Source: Chloroflexota bacterium (GTDB lineage Bacteria; Chloroflexota; Limnocylindria; Limnocylindrales; CSP1-4). From it: a stretch of 64,000 bases of DNA. Positions within the stretch are counted from its first letter, which is position 1. The number at the start of each line of letters is the position of its first letter. Both the position numbers and the translations under genes were made by a program. The notes under the pieces are model-generated. The model did no database searches and was not told the origin of the DNA. It saw only the letters and a list, made by a program, of their open reading frames with translations. The stretch is from contig JBDTQW010000002.1 in the NCBI GenBank assembly GCA_039931975.1, positions 3,452 through 67,451 of the forward strand, in the 5' to 3' direction. Below are positions 17,815 to 30,681 of this stretch, in pieces.

Positions 17815-18930
17815 ATGACCGAACAGCTGATCCTGGCTACGGCGATCGCGCTTGTCGCCCTGGCGCTGACCTTCGAGATCGTCGAGACCTGGCGATGGCG
17901 TGGTTCCGAGAACCGACCGCCGTCGCGCTTAGCCGTGCTGCGATTCCTACGCCGTATCCCGGGCGCGCTCGTCGGCATGGTCGCCCTCCAGGGCTGGCGA
18001 AGCCCGGGCGATGGCAGCGATCGGGCCATGGCGACACAGGTTGCCACAGGCCGACCCGGCCAGCCGCCCGGTCCGCCCCATGTCCAGCCCCACCGGATCG
18101 TCGTGTCCGGCACACACTCCGTCAGCGCTGCCAGCCCGGCCAACGAATGGATGGTCGCACCGACTGCGATCGGGGGGCATGTCCCACGGCAGTGGGCTGG
18201 GCATCCGCGGGCGCGACTGATCCGGGACACCCTGGGCGCGGCCCTGGTCCTCGTCGGTCTGGTCGTCGCGTTCGCGAACCTGCTGCCGGTCAAGTCCGAT
18301 CCCGACGGCGGCGTCCTCGCGGCGACAGGCCTCCCCGATTTCACTCCTGTGGTCATCACCCCACAGCCGGCCGGGTCGCCCCTAGCCCTCGGCCCGGTCG
18401 GATCACCTGCGACCCCGAACGGGACTCCGGCACCCGGCGTGACCCCGGCCCCGATCTCGACCCCTCCCGGCTCGAATCCGACCTCCGGCGTCCCACCGGT
18501 CTCGGGGCCGACGACCGCCCCAGGCCAGCCACCGCCCACCAACCCGCCACCGCCCACGCCGCCACCACCGACCAACCCGCCACCGACGCCGCCCCCGCCC
18601 ACACCGCCCCCAACTACCCCGCCACCGCCCACCCCGCCACCACCGACGCCACCCCCACCGACTCAGGCACCCGCGCCCGGGATCACCTCGTTCACGGGCC
18701 CCTCGAATGCCCTTCCTCTTCAGGCCGTCACGTTCAGCTTCAGCTTCGAAAACGCCACGCGCTGGCGGATCACCTATGGCGATGGCGCACAAGCCGCATG
18801 CAATGCGAATTGCGGTACATCGGGCTCGCGGACACATTCGTACATCCTCGGGTCCTACACCGTCGAGCTGACCGTGTTCGGGGCAGGAGGCTCGTCGGAC
18901 GCCGCCAGCCGGACAATCTCCGCTCCGTAG
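17815..18930 (+). CDS. Membrane-anchored proline-rich protein with C-terminal PKD-like domain
   Basis: Two hydrophobic segments (LILATAIALVALALTF and LGAALVLVGLVVAFANLL), then a ~110-aa Pro/Thr linker including PPPTNPPPPTPPPPTNPPPTPPPPTPPPTTPPPPTPPPPTPPPPT. The C-terminus VTFSFSF...WRITYGDG...HSY...YTVELTVFGAGG is PKD-like. An alternative start ATG lies at 18151. Confidence 0.6.
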   Translation: MTEQLILATAIALVALALTFEIVETWRWRGSENRPPSRLAVLRFLRRIPGALVGMVALQGWRSPGDGSDRAMATQVATGRPGQPPGPPHVQPHRIVVSGTHSVSAASPANEWMVAPTAIGGHVPRQWAGHPRARLIRDTLGAALVLVGLVVAFANLLPVKSDPDGGVLAATGLPDFTPVVITPQPAGSPLALGPVGSPATPNGTPAPGVTPAPISTPPGSNPTSGVPPVSGPTTAPGQPPPTNPPPPTPPPPTNPPPTPPPPTPPPTTPPPPTPPPPTPPPPTQAPAPGITSFTGPSNALPLQAVTFSFSFENATRWRITYGDGAQAACNANCGTSGSRTHSYILGSYTVELTVFGAGGSSDAASRTISAP

Positions 18931-19019
18931 CAGGTCGTCGGCGGCGCCACTGCGACGCGGCGGCCGCAATCATTCGTGACCCAGGTTTGCCCGTCGTCCG
19001 GGCGGGCTGCTATCATCCG

Positions 19020-19241
19020 ATGGCTTTGTCGGGTCAGGCCGGAGCCTATTTCGCCCTGTTTTCTGAGATCGGCTTCCTCCTGCTGGTCAGTACCCTCATG
19101 GGTGCGCTGGTCGGGAACTGGATCGACAAGCAACTGGGAACTCCCGGCGTCTTTCTGATCGTCGGGTTCCTCGGGGGAGCGGGGATCGGCGCCATCGGGA
19201 TCTACCGACTGATCAACAGGTTCCTGGCGCGGTTCGACTGA
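19020..19241 (+). CDS. atpZ: AtpZ/AtpI-type small membrane protein of the F-ATPase operon
   Basis: A 73-aa two-TM protein (FALFSEIGFLLLVSTLMGALVGNWIDKQLGT...FLIVGFLGGAGIGAIGIY) directly upstream of atpB. It is only the tail of track ORF 17895..19241. Confidence 0.65.
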   Translation: MALSGQAGAYFALFSEIGFLLLVSTLMGALVGNWIDKQLGTPGVFLIVGFLGGAGIGAIGIYRLINRFLARFD

Positions 19242-19270
19242 CGGACCTCACGTCCGACCGATAACGTCGA

Positions 19271-19294
19271 GAGCGCGGCACGACTGCCGCGCTC
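19271..19294 (+). terminator. 10-bp GC hairpin between atpZ and atpB (possible attenuator)
   Basis: gagcgcggca-cgac-tgccgcgctc is a perfect stem, followed by ctgtgtgtgg. Confidence 0.35.
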
Positions 19295-19311
19295 CTGTGT
19301 GTGGAGCGAGC

Positions 19312-20355
19312 GTGTCGAGCGATCAGGCCGCAACACCGGCACCCGCCGAGGACGTCGAAGCCGTCCCGGTGCCGGCCGAGCGGAGCAACAAGCGCAGGAA
19401 CATCGTCGCCTTTCTCGTGGCGATCGTCGTGCTCGACGTCCTCGCGTTCGTGTTCGTCCCGCCCTATCCGATCGGCGAACCCGGCAAGCCGGTGAGCGGC
19501 ATCGGCGACCTGATCAAGGCCAACCTCGAGCTGCCCGCACCCCACGTCATCTTCGACCTGGCGCCGAACGACCCCGTACCGGAAGGGGCCATCCTGTCGC
19601 TCCATCCGAGCATCACCAACACGATCCTGTCGACCTGGGTCGTGATGGCGGTCGTCCTGCTCATCGCCTACTTCGGCACTCGCCGGCTCCGGATGGTCCC
19701 GGGCGGCTATCAGAACCTGCTCGAGTTGACCTGGGAGAAGCTCGAGGATTGGGCGGTCTCGCTCGGCGGCGCCGAGGCGGCGCGACACGTCTCGCTGTTC
19801 GTCGCGTTCTTCCTCTTCATCCTGTTCTCCAACTGGAGCGGTCTGATCCCGTTCTTCGGCAAGATCGAGGCCTTGCGGGCCCCGACGAGCGACCTGAACG
19901 TCACCGTCGGGCTGGCCCTGGTCGCGTTCATCTACTTCCACTTCCGGGGCTTCCAGGCGCTCGGCGTGCGGGGCTATCTCGGCAAGTTCTTCGTCTTCAG
20001 CGGGTTCAAGAACGGCCCGGCCAACGGGGTGATCGACCTCTTCGTCGGGTTCATCGAGTTCATGCTCGAATTCATCAAGCCAGTGACGCTGTCGATGCGA
20101 CTCTTCGGCAACATCTATGGCGGCGAGGTCGCCCTCGGCGTGATCACGGCACTGACGATCGCGATCATCCCGTTCCTGATGATCTCGCTGGAGGTCATGC
20201 TCAACGGCGTCCAGGCCCTGATCTTTTCCACCCTGGCCCTGATGTATACGCTCATCGCGGTCGAAAGCCACCACGTCGAGGAGCATCCCTCGGCATACGA
20301 GGAGGAGGCACTCGACTCGGCCCCGACTGGCGGCGTTGCGGCGGCCGCACACTGA
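19312..20355 (+). CDS. atpB: F-type ATP synthase subunit a
   Basis: SMRLFGNIYGGEV contains the essential Arg. The protein is polytopic. The GTG at 19312 has GGAG 5 nt upstream. The track start at 19297 is also possible. Confidence 0.93.
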   Translation: MSSDQAATPAPAEDVEAVPVPAERSNKRRNIVAFLVAIVVLDVLAFVFVPPYPIGEPGKPVSGIGDLIKANLELPAPHVIFDLAPNDPVPEGAILSLHPSITNTILSTWVVMAVVLLIAYFGTRRLRMVPGGYQNLLELTWEKLEDWAVSLGGAEAARHVSLFVAFFLFILFSNWSGLIPFFGKIEALRAPTSDLNVTVGLALVAFIYFHFRGFQALGVRGYLGKFFVFSGFKNGPANGVIDLFVGFIEFMLEFIKPVTLSMRLFGNIYGGEVALGVITALTIAIIPFLMISLEVMLNGVQALIFSTLALMYTLIAVESHHVEEHPSAYEEEALDSAPTGGVAAAAH

Positions 20356-20431
20356 CTCGACCGGCGCGGGCGCCGGTCACCAGCAACGGCAACAACCCGG
20401 TGAACCCCGGGAAATAGGAGGAAGGCAACCC

Positions 20432-20641
20432 ATGGAACACATCGGCGCAGGTCTCGCGGCACTCGGCGTCATCGGACCCGGCATCGGAATCGGGATCCTG
20501 ACCGGTCTCGCGGCCACCGCGATCGGACGGAACCCCGATGCCACGCCCAGCATCCGGGCGCAGTTCATCCTCGGCGCAGCGTTCGCCGAGGGCCTTGGCG
20601 TTCTGGCCATCGTCGTCGCGATCCTCGCGATCGTCCTCTAG
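20432..20641 (+). CDS. atpE: F-type ATP synthase subunit c
   Basis: A 69-aa hairpin protein with GIGIGILTG...RNPD...FAEGLGVLAIVVA, including the carboxylate Glu. A strong SD (AGGAGGAAGG) lies upstream of the ATG. Confidence 0.96.
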   Translation: MEHIGAGLAALGVIGPGIGIGILTGLAATAIGRNPDATPSIRAQFILGAAFAEGLGVLAIVVAILAIVL

Positions 20642-20669
20642 GGCAAGCAGTCGCTCGAGGAGTCCGATC

Positions 20670-21239
20670 GTGGATCTGTTCGGGATCGTCGGCGCGTTGC
20701 CCGGCGGCGGTGCCGTCGTGCCGTCAGCCGAAGCTGGCGGCGGCCTCGCCATCAACGGCTTCTGGATCATCGTCTCGTCGCTCAACTTCATCGTCTTCCT
20801 GGTCGTCCTCAACCTGCTCTTCGGCGGGACGATCCGGAAGATGCTCGGAGATCGCCGGACGCGGATCGAGCAAGGCCTGGCCGATGCCGAGGCCGCCCGG
20901 CTTGATCGTGAGAAGTCGGCTGCGGAAGCCGCCGAGACGATCGCCGAGGCGCGCCACGAGGCGAAGGAGATCCTCGACCGCGCCCAGAAGGTCGCCCAGG
21001 ACACCCGTGAAGCCGAGTTGGCCGCCACCCGCGAGGAGCTCGAGCGGTTACGCGCCCGGGCTGCGTCGGACATCGAGGCCGAGAAGAAGCGTGCCTTGGC
21101 GGATCTGCGCGCCCAGGTCGCCGACCTCGCCCTGGCCGCCGCCGGCCACGTCGTCGGCGAGACCATGAGCGACGAGCGCCAGCGCCGCCTCGTCGAGGAG
21201 TTCCTGCGCGATACCAGCGACACCAAGGCTGATCGCTGA
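20670..21239 (+). CDS. atpF: F-type ATP synthase subunit b
   Basis: An N-terminal TM segment (FWIIVSSLNFIVFLVVLNLLF) followed by a long charged helix. GTG start at 20670. The exact start is uncertain. Confidence 0.88.
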   Translation: MDLFGIVGALPGGGAVVPSAEAGGGLAINGFWIIVSSLNFIVFLVVLNLLFGGTIRKMLGDRRTRIEQGLADAEAARLDREKSAAEAAETIAEARHEAKEILDRAQKVAQDTREAELAATREELERLRARAASDIEAEKKRALADLRAQVADLALAAAGHVVGETMSDERQRRLVEEFLRDTSDTKADR

Positions 21240-21784
21240 TGGCCCGTCAGTCGACGGCCGCCCGGCGCTACGCGGAGGCGGCGTTCGAGATCGCCCTCCG
21301 CGACCGGACCGTCGACGCGTGGCGTCGCGAGCTCGACGACGTGGCCGGGGTCCTGACCGATCCGGCCGTGGCCGACGTCCTCCGCAACCCGTCGATCCCC
21401 ACGGCTGTCCGCGAGGATGCCGTCCGCAAGGGACTCGGTAAGAGCCTCAGCGGCCCGGTGCTCAATCTGATCCTGTTCATGATCCGGCGCGGCCGCATCG
21501 AGGACATAGCCCAGGTCGCCGCCGAGTTCGGGCGCCTGGTCGACCAGCGCAACGGGATCGTTCACGCAACCGCTACGACGGCCCTGCCGCTCGACAAGGC
21601 AGAGATCAGCGCGCTCACCGCCCAGCTCGAGCAGATGACCGGCGGAACCGTCCGATTGATCGTCGAGACCGATCCGGGATTGCTCGGGGGCCTCGTCGTC
21701 CGGGTCGGCGACCGCCTCATCGATGGGAGCGTGCGAGGTCGCCTCGAGCGACTCCGCAACCAGCTCGTGTCAGGCGCCCTCTAG
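21239..21784 (+). CDS. atpH: F-type ATP synthase subunit delta
   Basis: 181 aa; ARRYAEAAFEIA... is OSCP-like. Sits between atpF and atpA. ATGA-type overlap (tgATGg). Confidence 0.9.
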   Translation: MARQSTAARRYAEAAFEIALRDRTVDAWRRELDDVAGVLTDPAVADVLRNPSIPTAVREDAVRKGLGKSLSGPVLNLILFMIRRGRIEDIAQVAAEFGRLVDQRNGIVHATATTALPLDKAEISALTAQLEQMTGGTVRLIVETDPGLLGGLVVRVGDRLIDGSVRGRLERLRNQLVSGAL

Positions 21785-21796
21785 GAGAACCAGCCA

Positions 21797-23335
<1,539 letters not shown>

Positions 23336-23363
23336 GGCCGGATCCCAGGGAAGCGCACAGACC

Positions 23364-24215
23364 GTGGCCAGCCAACGAGACATCCGTCGTCGGATCGGCT
23401 CCGTGAAGAACATCGCCCAGATCACTCGGGCGATGCAGTTTGTCGCGGCGAGCAAGCTCAAGCGCGCCCAGGACGCCACCCTCGCATCGCGGCCATACAG
23501 CGACAAGCTGGAGGAGGTCCTGGCCGACCTGGCCACGGTCCTCAGCGGCGAGGACCATCCACTTCTCATCGTCCCTGAGGGGGGCAAACGGCTGATCGTC
23601 CTGATCACGACCGATCGACCCCTGGCAGGGCCGTTCACCTCGAACGCTGTTCGTTTCGCCTCGCGCGAGATCACCGAGCACCAGGGCGACCTCGCGGTCG
23701 TTAGCGTCGGCCGCAAGGGCCGCGACGCGATGCGCCGAGCGCGGGTGCCGATCGAGGCTCACTTCGCCGGGTTCGGCGACCGGCCCTCGTTCGCAGACGT
23801 CCTGGCGCTCGCCCGACTGGTCAGCGAGGACTACCTGTCCGGTGACTACAGCCGGATCGACGTGGTCTTCTCGCTGTTCGTGTCCACGCTCGTCCAGCGC
23901 CCCGTGCTGGCCCAGATCCTGCCCGTCGTGCCGTCCGAGGACACCGAAGGCATCCCGGGCAACCAGTTCACCTTCGAGCCCAGCGCCGGTGCCGTCCTCG
24001 AGCAGCTCTTGCCGAGGTACGTTGCGACCCGCCTGTACCAGGCGGTGCTCGAAGCGAAGGCGAGCGAAGAATCCAGCCGGATGGTGGCGATGAAGAACGC
24101 CACCGAAAACGCCGAGGACCTCATCGAGGACCTCACCCTCAGCTACAACAAGGTTCGCCAGGCGAACATCACCCGCGAGATGATCGAGATCGCGACCGGC
24201 GCGCAGGCCCGCTGA
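23364..24215 (+). CDS. atpG: F-type ATP synthase subunit gamma
   Basis: N-terminus IRRRIGSVKNIAQITRAMQFVAASKL and C-terminus ...ITREMIEIATGAQA. Confidence 0.96.
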   Translation: MASQRDIRRRIGSVKNIAQITRAMQFVAASKLKRAQDATLASRPYSDKLEEVLADLATVLSGEDHPLLIVPEGGKRLIVLITTDRPLAGPFTSNAVRFASREITEHQGDLAVVSVGRKGRDAMRRARVPIEAHFAGFGDRPSFADVLALARLVSEDYLSGDYSRIDVVFSLFVSTLVQRPVLAQILPVVPSEDTEGIPGNQFTFEPSAGAVLEQLLPRYVATRLYQAVLEAKASEESSRMVAMKNATENAEDLIEDLTLSYNKVRQANITREMIEIATGAQAR

Positions 24216-25703
<1,488 letters not shown>

Positions 25704-25705
25704 CG

Positions 25706-26134
25706 ATGACCATCCGGCTCGAGATCGTCACCCCGGAGCGGCTCGCCTACGAGGACGATGTCGACGCTGTGACGTTGCCCGGGATCGAAGGCGAGTTGGG
25801 CGTCCTACCTCATCACGCGCCGCTCATCACGACCCTCGGGCTGGGCGAGCTGCGCATCCGCAAGGGTGGCGCCGAGGAGGCCTTCGCCATCGTGGGCGGG
25901 TTCCTGCAGGTGCGCCCGGACAAGGTGGTGGTCATGGCCGAGACCGCCGACATGGCTTCCGAGATCGACCTCGAACGGGCGCAGGAGGCTCGACGCGAGG
26001 CCGAGAAGGCGATCGCCGCCGGGCTCCACGAGCCGGCCGACCTGGCTGCCGCCAGGGCCGCGCTGCAACAGGCTCTCCTCCGGATCCGGGTGTCCGAGCG
26101 CCGTCACCGCGAGGGTCCGCGGCGGCGCGGATAG
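25706..26134 (+). CDS. atpC: F-type ATP synthase subunit epsilon
   Basis: 142 aa; LEIVTPERLAYEDDVDAVTLPGIEGELGVLPHHAPLIT. Confidence 0.95.
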   Translation: MTIRLEIVTPERLAYEDDVDAVTLPGIEGELGVLPHHAPLITTLGLGELRIRKGGAEEAFAIVGGFLQVRPDKVVVMAETADMASEIDLERAQEARREAEKAIAAGLHEPADLAAARAALQQALLRIRVSERRHREGPRRRG

Positions 26135-26141
26135 GGGGACG

Positions 26142-27518
26142 GTGGCTGACGCGAGACCGTTCCATTGGGAGTTCCAGCCCGAGCCGGTCGTCCATGAGGT
26201 GTTCCGGATCGAGGGCGGGCGGCCGCTCGAGGGGACGGTCACGGTCAGTGGCGCCAAGAACGCGGCGCTCAAGCTGCTCGCCGCAGCGACCCTGACCGGG
26301 GAGCGTTGCCGATTCAGCAACGTTCCCGAGATCGAAGATGTGCGGGTCATGGCGGACACCCTGCGCGACCTGGGGGTGACCGTCGATCATCCCGCCGAGA
26401 ACGTGTACGAGGTGGCCTCGGGCGACGTCGAGTGGCTGTTCGTGCCGCTCGAGGCGGCGGCCAAGATGCGGGCCAGCTTCATCCTGCTCGGCCCGCTCCT
26501 GTCGCGCTTCGGGCGGGTGATCATCAGCAACCCGGGCGGCGACCGGATCGGGCGCCGGCCGGTCAACCTCCACGTCGATGCGATGCGTGCCCTTGGTGCC
26601 GAGATCGAGTATCGCAACGGCTACTACCTGGCCAAGGCACCGGGGCGTCTGCGCGGGTCCGAAGTCCATTTCCCCTTCGTGACCGTGATGGGCACCGAGA
26701 ATGCCATGCTGGCCGCGGTCCTGGCCGACGGACACACCGTGATCCGGCCTGCTGCCCAGGAGCCCGAGGTCGACGACCTGATCGATTTCCTCCGGAAGAT
26801 GGGCGCGGAGATCGAGCGGACGAGCCCGGACACGATCGAGATCGAGGGCCGCAGACGTCTTCGCGGGGCAGATCATCGGGTGGTCCCGGACCGGATCGAA
26901 GCCGGGACGTTCGTCGTGGCTGCGGCGGTGACCGGCGGGCGGGTGACCCTCCAGGAAGCGCCATGTGCTCACCTCGGGGCGTTCATCGAGCTCCTCGAGC
27001 GGGTCGGGGTCGACGTATCCTGTGGCCGCGACACGATCCAGGTCTCGGGCGGCGGCGGTGACGCCTTCCGCGCCATCGACGTCGAGACGGCACCTTATCC
27101 CGGCCTCGCAACCGACCTGCAGCCACCCACCTGCGTCCTGCTGACGCAGGCACAAGGTGACAGCCGCGTCCACGAGGCGATCTTCGAGGACCGGCTCGAA
27201 TTCCTCGGCGAACTCCGCCGGATGGGTGCCACCGTCGACATCTCAGATCCGCACCACGCCACGATCCGTGGCCCGAGCCAGCTGCACGGGGCAGAGCTCG
27301 AGATCGGCGACCTGCGCGCAGGTGCGTCGATGATCCTGGCTGCCCTGGCGGCTGACGGCATCTCGACCATCCACGGCGCCCACCACGTGCACCGGGGGTA
27401 TGAGAACATCGGGCGGAAGTTCCAGGAGCTCGGCGCCCGGATCGAGCGCTTCGCCGAGCCCGCCGGGCCGGACGCCCCAGCCGAGACCGACCCGGACCCC
27501 ACATCCGAAAGGAAGTAA
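26142..27518 (+). CDS. murA: UDP-N-acetylglucosamine 1-carboxyvinyltransferase MurA (Asp-type active-site loop)
   Basis: [27 protein letters not shown]; active-site loop [15 protein letters not shown]. The GTG at 26142 follows AGGGGGA. An alternative GTG at 26199 would give the classical MFRIEGG-type N-terminus. Confidence 0.95.
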   Translation: MADARPFHWEFQPEPVVHEVFRIEGGRPLEGTVTVSGAKNAALKLLAAATLTGERCRFSNVPEIEDVRVMADTLRDLGVTVDHPAENVYEVASGDVEWLFVPLEAAAKMRASFILLGPLLSRFGRVIISNPGGDRIGRRPVNLHVDAMRALGAEIEYRNGYYLAKAPGRLRGSEVHFPFVTVMGTENAMLAAVLADGHTVIRPAAQEPEVDDLIDFLRKMGAEIERTSPDTIEIEGRRRLRGADHRVVPDRIEAGTFVVAAAVTGGRVTLQEAPCAHLGAFIELLERVGVDVSCGRDTIQVSGGGGDAFRAIDVETAPYPGLATDLQPPTCVLLTQAQGDSRVHEAIFEDRLEFLGELRRMGATVDISDPHHATIRGPSQLHGAELEIGDLRAGASMILAALAADGISTIHGAHHVHRGYENIGRKFQELGARIERFAEPAGPDAPAETDPDPTSERK

Positions 27519-27529
27519 GCCACTCCTCC

Positions 27530-28528
27530 ATGAAGATCGGCATCGACCTCGGCACAGCGAATGTCCTGGTCTATGTCCAGGGCAAGGGCATCGTCATCCA
27601 GGAGCCATCGGTCGTGGCCGTGGACGACCAGAATCGGATCGTGGCCGTCGGCGAGGACGCCCGCGAGATGATCGGCCGGACGCCGGGCAACATCCAGGCC
27701 ATCAGACCGATGAAGGACGGGGTCATCGCGGACTACGTCATCACGGAGGCGATGCTCAGCCACTTCATCGGCAAGGTGAAGAAAGGCCGGGTCAACTTCA
27801 CCAAGCCGGACGTGATGATCAGCGTGCCGGCCGGGGTGACCTCGGTGGAGAAGCGCGCTGTCCGCGACGCGGCCTTGAAGGCCGGCGCTGGCGAGGCCTA
27901 CCTCATCGAAGAGCCCCTCGCGGCAGCGATCGGCGCCAACGTCCCGATCAGCGGGCCTTCCGGGAACATGGTCATCGACATCGGCGGCGGCACGAGCGAG
28001 ATCGCCGTCATCGCCCTCGGCGGGATCGTCGTGTCGACCAGCCTGCGCGTCGGCGGCAACAAGTTCGACGAGGCGATCGCGACCTACATCCGCAAGAAGT
28101 ACAACCTGATGATCGGCGATCGGACGGCCGAGGACGTCAAGATCCAGATCGGCACGGCCCTCCCGCTCGATCGTGAGCTCCAGATGGAGGTCCGTGGGCG
28201 CGACCTGATCGCCGGCCTGCCGCGAACCATCCCGATCACGAGCTCCGAGGTGATGGAGGCCATCGAGGCGCCGCTCCAGCAGCTGGTCACGGCCGTCCGC
28301 TCCGTGCTCGAGCAGACTCCGCCCGAACTGAGCTCCGACATCATCGACAAGGGCATGGTCATGTCCGGAGGCGGCTCGCTGCTGCGCAACATCGACAAGC
28401 TTCTGACCCAGGTGACCGGCGTCCCCTGCCACGTCGCCGAGAATGCCCTCGACTGCGTCGCTTTGGGCACGGGCATCGCCCTTGAGCACTTCGACTTCTT
28501 CAAGAAGTCCCTTGTCCAGCAGGTCTGA
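27530..28528 (+). CDS. mreB: Rod shape-determining protein MreB
   Basis: [14 protein letters not shown]..., [15 protein letters not shown] and [18 protein letters not shown] are the actin-fold phosphate and adenosine motifs. Confidence 0.97.
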   Translation: MKIGIDLGTANVLVYVQGKGIVIQEPSVVAVDDQNRIVAVGEDAREMIGRTPGNIQAIRPMKDGVIADYVITEAMLSHFIGKVKKGRVNFTKPDVMISVPAGVTSVEKRAVRDAALKAGAGEAYLIEEPLAAAIGANVPISGPSGNMVIDIGGGTSEIAVIALGGIVVSTSLRVGGNKFDEAIATYIRKKYNLMIGDRTAEDVKIQIGTALPLDRELQMEVRGRDLIAGLPRTIPITSSEVMEAIEAPLQQLVTAVRSVLEQTPPELSSDIIDKGMVMSGGGSLLRNIDKLLTQVTGVPCHVAENALDCVALGTGIALEHFDFFKKSLVQQV

Positions 28529-28625
28529 CAATCCCGCTCATCCCCGCTACTCCTATCAGTCACCGGAGCCCGTGCTCGAGCAAGGGCGCGGGGGTACTGG
28601 CGCCGAAGCGAGTCAGGCCGAAGGC

Positions 28626-29381
28626 ATGTTGAGCGCTGGCGACGGGACCCCGACGGCGTTCACGGCACGCGCCTTCGTCGACCTCCACTGCCATACACGA
28701 GGCAGCTTCGACTCCCTCAGCGATCCGGCAGCCGTTGTCCGGGCCGCCCGCAGCCGCGGGTTGACCCACCTGGCGATCACGGACCACGATCGGGTCGACG
28801 AAGCCCTGCGCGCCCGCGACAACGCTCCGCCCGAGTTGACGATCATCGTCGGCTCGGAGGTGAGGACTCGCGACGGCGACCTCATCTGCCTGTTCCTCGA
28901 ACGGTCCATCCCGCCAGGCCTGCCCGCCATCGAGGCCATCGCCGCGGCCCGCGAGCAGGGCGGCCTGGTCGGGATCCCCCATCCGTTCGATCGCTACCGC
29001 AGCTCGCTCCTCAACGATCCTCACCTCGCGGACCTGGCCGATCACGTCGACTGGGTCGAGACCTGGAATGCCCGGATCGTCGGCCGTTCGGGGAACGAGC
29101 GGGCCGCCGAGTTCGCGCGCGCTCACCGGCTGCCCGGGGTCGCGGTTTCCGACGCCCACTCGGTCCTCGAGGTAGGCCTGGCCTACAGCGTCCTCGAAGG
29201 GGATCCGTCGACGGCAGCCGGCCTGCTCCGCGCGCTGCCATCCGCCGCGCTCGTCCCGGGTCGGGCATCCTATGTCGCACGGCTGCTCACGCCGGTCGCC
29301 AAGCTGGTCCAGCGGACCCGCGGCAACCGCAGGGTGCCGCTCGAGCCGGCTGACGATCCTCGGGCGAGAAGGGACTCATGA
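28626..29381 (+). CDS. PHP-domain metal-dependent phosphoesterase
   Basis: VDLHCHTRGSFDS...LAITDHD...GIPHPFD...AVSDAH is the His/Asp ladder of PHP domains. The ATG at 28626 is preceded by GAAGG. Confidence 0.82.
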   Translation: MLSAGDGTPTAFTARAFVDLHCHTRGSFDSLSDPAAVVRAARSRGLTHLAITDHDRVDEALRARDNAPPELTIIVGSEVRTRDGDLICLFLERSIPPGLPAIEAIAAAREQGGLVGIPHPFDRYRSSLLNDPHLADLADHVDWVETWNARIVGRSGNERAAEFARAHRLPGVAVSDAHSVLEVGLAYSVLEGDPSTAAGLLRALPSAALVPGRASYVARLLTPVAKLVQRTRGNRRVPLEPADDPRARRDS

Positions 29382-30478
29382 GCGACGATCCCACGAGGGG
29401 GGCGCCGGCCGACCGCCCGGCATCGCCGGACGACGATCAGGTCACTGCGGACCAACTGTCGCTCGGCCGGCGCCTTCGCCAACCGCGCACGATCGTGTCC
29501 ATCGTCCTGCCCATCCTCCTGCTGGTGCTGTTCAGCCGGGCGCTACCCGGTTTCAAGCTGGACGAGCTGCCGGGTTACATCGGCGAGTCCAACAAGCTCC
29601 TGCTGCTGGCCGGCCTCGGCGTGTTCTACGTCGGCTTCCCGCTGCGCGGTCTGCGCTGGGCCCTGCTCATCAGGGGGACTGGATTTCGGCTCCGGGTTCG
29701 CGATTCGACCGGGATCATCTTCATCTCATGGCTGGTCAACTGCCTCGTCCCGGCCAAGCTGGGTGACGTCTACCGGGCCTACCTGCTCAAGATCAACAGC
29801 CCGGTCTCGCTCAGCCGGACATTCGGAACGGTCTTCATCGAACGGATCCTCGACCTGTTCGCGATCGTCGTCCTGGGGCTCGCCTCGGGCTTCATCAGCT
29901 TCCGCAAGGGCCTGCCGCCCCAGGTCCAGTTGGTCTTCGCCATCGGCGTGGTGCTGGTCGTGGTCCTCGCCGCGGGCCTGCTCACGATGCGCAATTTCGG
30001 ACGGCGGATCATCGTCCGTCTGCCGCTGCCGCACCAGGTGGTCGAGCTGTACGACCGGTTCGAGGAGGGGGTCTTTTCGGCGGTCGGCTTGCGCTCGCTC
30101 CCCGGCCTGGTGGTCCTGACCGGGATGATCTGGACGACCGAGGCGCTCCGTCTGTACCTGGTGATCCTGGCGTTTGGCTTTCCGGACGTGCAGGTCGGAC
30201 CCAGCGGTGCCTTCTTCGTCGCACTGACCGGTTCCCTGCTGACCGCGGTCCCGTTGACGCCGGCGGGGATCGGCGTGGTCGAGGCCGGTATCGTCGCGGT
30301 CCTGACCCTGGTCTACAACGTCCCGCAGACCGAGGCCCTCGCGATCACTCTCGTCGATCGGGCGATCAGCGTCGTGTCGATCATCATCCTGGGCAGCATC
30401 GCCTATGCGATCTCGCCGCTGCGGCGCGGCCGCGGGATCGCAGAGGCCCAGGCGCCGGAAGCCCGCTCCGGCGCCTGA
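29378..30478 (+). CDS. UPF0104 / LPG-synthase-TM (flippase-like) family membrane protein
   Basis: A 366-aa polytopic protein. LVNCLVPAKLGDVYRAYLLK and ...PLTPAGIGVVEAGIVAVL are typical of the family. ATGA overlaps the PHP gene. Confidence 0.7.
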   Translation: MSDDPTRGAPADRPASPDDDQVTADQLSLGRRLRQPRTIVSIVLPILLLVLFSRALPGFKLDELPGYIGESNKLLLLAGLGVFYVGFPLRGLRWALLIRGTGFRLRVRDSTGIIFISWLVNCLVPAKLGDVYRAYLLKINSPVSLSRTFGTVFIERILDLFAIVVLGLASGFISFRKGLPPQVQLVFAIGVVLVVVLAAGLLTMRNFGRRIIVRLPLPHQVVELYDRFEEGVFSAVGLRSLPGLVVLTGMIWTTEALRLYLVILAFGFPDVQVGPSGAFFVALTGSLLTAVPLTPAGIGVVEAGIVAVLTLVYNVPQTEALAITLVDRAISVVSIIILGSIAYAISPLRRGRGIAEAQAPEARSGA

Positions 30479-30681
30479 CGAGACAGCCGCGCTGAGGCGC
30501 GTTCGATCGCACTCGACGCGGTGCGTGCTGGACGCCGCCCGGTGCCAGAACGCCACAGTCGTGGGCCACAGGACCGCCTGCGACCCCACCGTACCCGTCT
30601 TTGCCGCGCCCCGGTCGGCGCCGTGGGTCCGGTACGAACGGGTGATGGGGGAGGCACCACCCTTCGGCCGATAGTTGCTTC

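Noticed and set aside
18987-19016. TTGCCC-18-TATCAT promoter-like element just upstream of atpZ.
   Set aside because: The -10 ends only 3 nt before the ATG at 19020. That is too close for either a leadered or a leaderless transcript of atpZ. The shared TTGCCC with the mreD candidate may be coincidence.
17895-19241. A 448-aa ORF overlapping the proline-rich PKD gene in another frame.
   Set aside because: Only its last 73 codons (19020..19241) form a credible AtpZ-like two-TM protein. The rest is low-complexity sequence in the alternative frame of 17815..18930.
30479-30681. tRNA-like or other structured RNA in the 200-bp gap after the UPF0104 gene (a gcgcgttcgatcgc T-loop-like string).
   Set aside because: The flanking bases do not form a T-arm stem, and no cloverleaf can be drawn. 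No other intergenic region in the window shows a GGTTCGAATCC-type T-loop either.
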